A stretch of DNA of 64,000 nt from positions 59,520,001 to 59,584,000 of the forward strand of contig NC_135809.1 in assembly GCF_964213995.1 (NCBI RefSeq), given 5' to 3'. Each line of letters starts with the position of its first letter. Position 1 is the first letter of the stretch. The notes beneath the pieces were generated by a model. That model made no database searches. It saw only the letters and a list, made by a program, of their open reading frames with translations, and had not been told where the DNA came from. Position numbers and translations under genes: made by a program. Positions 62,159 through 64,000 of the stretch are shown in pieces. This DNA is from Mustelus asterias. Taxonomy: Eukaryota.

Positions 62159-63644
62159 TGGACTAACTGAGGTAGCTTCCAAAAAAAACATGCAGAAAAT
62201 ACCAACAGTGATTTTGAATTTTTTTTAAATCACGTACGGAGATTAGAAAACATCAAAAAACATCACCGGCTGAATAGAAGTGACTGAGATTGAGGGTGGA
62301 GCATGGTGTTCTCGTTCAGTGAGGTTGTAGCAGGCTGCAGGACAGCCCTTCTCCAGCCAGCCAATGCAGAGACACAGATGTTCAAAAGTCAAACACTTTG
62401 ATAAATCCGCAAACAATAATGCATTTTTAATGTTTGCGCATTTGCTGAGGGCCACGATTCATGTTTGTGCCTCAATTCCTCACTCTAGTAACAAGTCGAG
62501 GGCAAACAGTAAGCGGCTAATTATGCTCCGTAATGGATGTGGTGTCTTTATAGGGGGACATACTCTCAACAAACTGCCTCTTTGCAAGTGACTGCTACCA
62601 ACAGTAATTCAAATTCATTTTCAGCACGGAGGTTACATTTCCAGAAAGATATTTTCACGCTGAATTAAATGCCCCTGAAATATCATCCATTTGAGGGGGC
62701 AAATCTGGGACTTGCATCTGCATCTTTCTCTGGCCTCTTGTCATCTTAGGCTCATTACTACCTGCAGCTGTGTACTCCCCACAAGTCTCGCAAGGATTAG
62801 AACACTCTTGCATGCGCTGCGATTTATTAATGATTGCGCCAAACAAAAAAACAGATGAGACACAATAGTGGTTCAAATCGTTCTGAGAAACATTCTGTAC
62901 ACAAATGAGATAAATCGGATGTGCGTCGCCGGGGAAATTTCACCACGATTATGAAATAATTATCAGAGATTAAGAGGGGGGAATTAAATAGAATACACTA
63001 AGATTAATTCACTTGGTCTCCTGTTAAACATTCGGATAACAAGCCTTTGATAGGGTTGGGGTCACGTTGTGCTCTAATCCATCAAATAACACTGGAGTAA
63101 TTAAACCCGGTGAGTTAAGCACACTTATGCAATGATGAGGGAGTGCCTCATGGATGCTCATCACTCTGCTGGACAAAAGAGTAAAACAGACTCAAGCTGA
63201 TATTCCACCCTCAACCAGTGCCACAACCAGGATAGATCAGTGTTCAATAGGAACACCGAGAGTCCAAAGTAGATACCACGCCCTTTTTACTCAGCATCGA
63301 TGGGCAAAGCAAATTCCAAAGTAGGATAATTATGCGCTGCTCCATGCCAGTGAGGACGGAGGTGTCGGGGATGTTTGGGAATCCGGGGAAATTTAGGGAT
63401 TGAGGTAATCTTTAAGAGTTGGGGAAAATTTATAGGTTGAGGGAGGTGGAGTGAGGTCTGGGTGTTGGAGAACATTTGGGGAGAGGGGCAAGTTAAGAGA
63501 ATAAAGAGAGGATTGGGGGATCAGAGCAGGTTAAGTGGATCAAGAGGTGATTGGAGATTGGGACAGGTTTGGAAACTTTGGCTGTCAGGGGAAATTTGGG
63601 GGTTGGGGAGGTTCACGGGTTGGAGACATTCCAAGTGTTGGGCT

Positions 63645-64000
63645 ATATACTTGAGCACATAATCTAGGCCGACATTCCCGTGCAATATTGAAGGAATGCT
63701 GCACTGCCAATGTGCTGCCTTTTGGATGAATCGCTAAGAAAAAGGCTGCAACTGGCCTGTCTGATGGTTGTAAAAGATCCCATGGCATTATTTAAAGGAG
63801 GGCATGGACGTATTCCGTGTATCCTGGCCAAATATTTACCTTTCATCCAGCAGCAGTCTAACAGATTAACATCTCATTTATCTCACTGTTTGGGTGGTAC
63901 CACTGCTCAAAATTGACGACCGCATTTTCCTACATTTGAACAGTGACCACACTTCTGCTAAAGTAATTAATTAACTGCAAAACATTTCCGGGCATCTTGT
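63645..64000 (+). mobile_element. Deu-SINE, degraded, runs to the window end
   Basis: TGTAAAAGATCCCATGGCATTATTT...CCTGGCCAAATATTTA core. Confidence 0.8.

Noticed and set aside
1-64000. Prokaryotic systems (CRISPR arrays, retrons, DGRs, operons)
   Set aside because: The sequence is a vertebrate repeat landscape, the RTs are non-LTR retrotransposon type, and the tandem repeats have no unique spacers.

Overview
This is vertebrate nuclear DNA, almost certainly from a cartilaginous fish (shark or other elasmobranch). The evidence is the HE1-like V-SINEs, SacSINE1-like Deu-SINEs and HER1-like CR1 LINEs. The window is repeat-dense intergenic or intronic sequence, and I could not support any functional host protein-coding gene. 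Recognisable content: two long CR1 LINEs (one with an open 642-aa RT frame), Rex1/Babar, Tx1/L1, L2, RTE and a second CR1-group LINE, at least four SINE families, hAT MITEs, probable solo LTRs, two G-rich minisatellites and an intronless RPS2 processed pseudogene. Two families of Penelope-like element (PLE) fragments carry minimal hammerhead ribozyme motifs. The most unusual signal is a pair of related U2 snRNA-derived composite elements at about 17.8 kb and 58.0 kb. The 58.0 kb copy has a perfect 15-bp TSD, an A-tail and a chain of strong hairpins, suggesting a U2-derived structured RNA or SINEU-like retroposon family. Family names come from recalled motifs, not database searches, and boundaries of degraded repeats are approximate.
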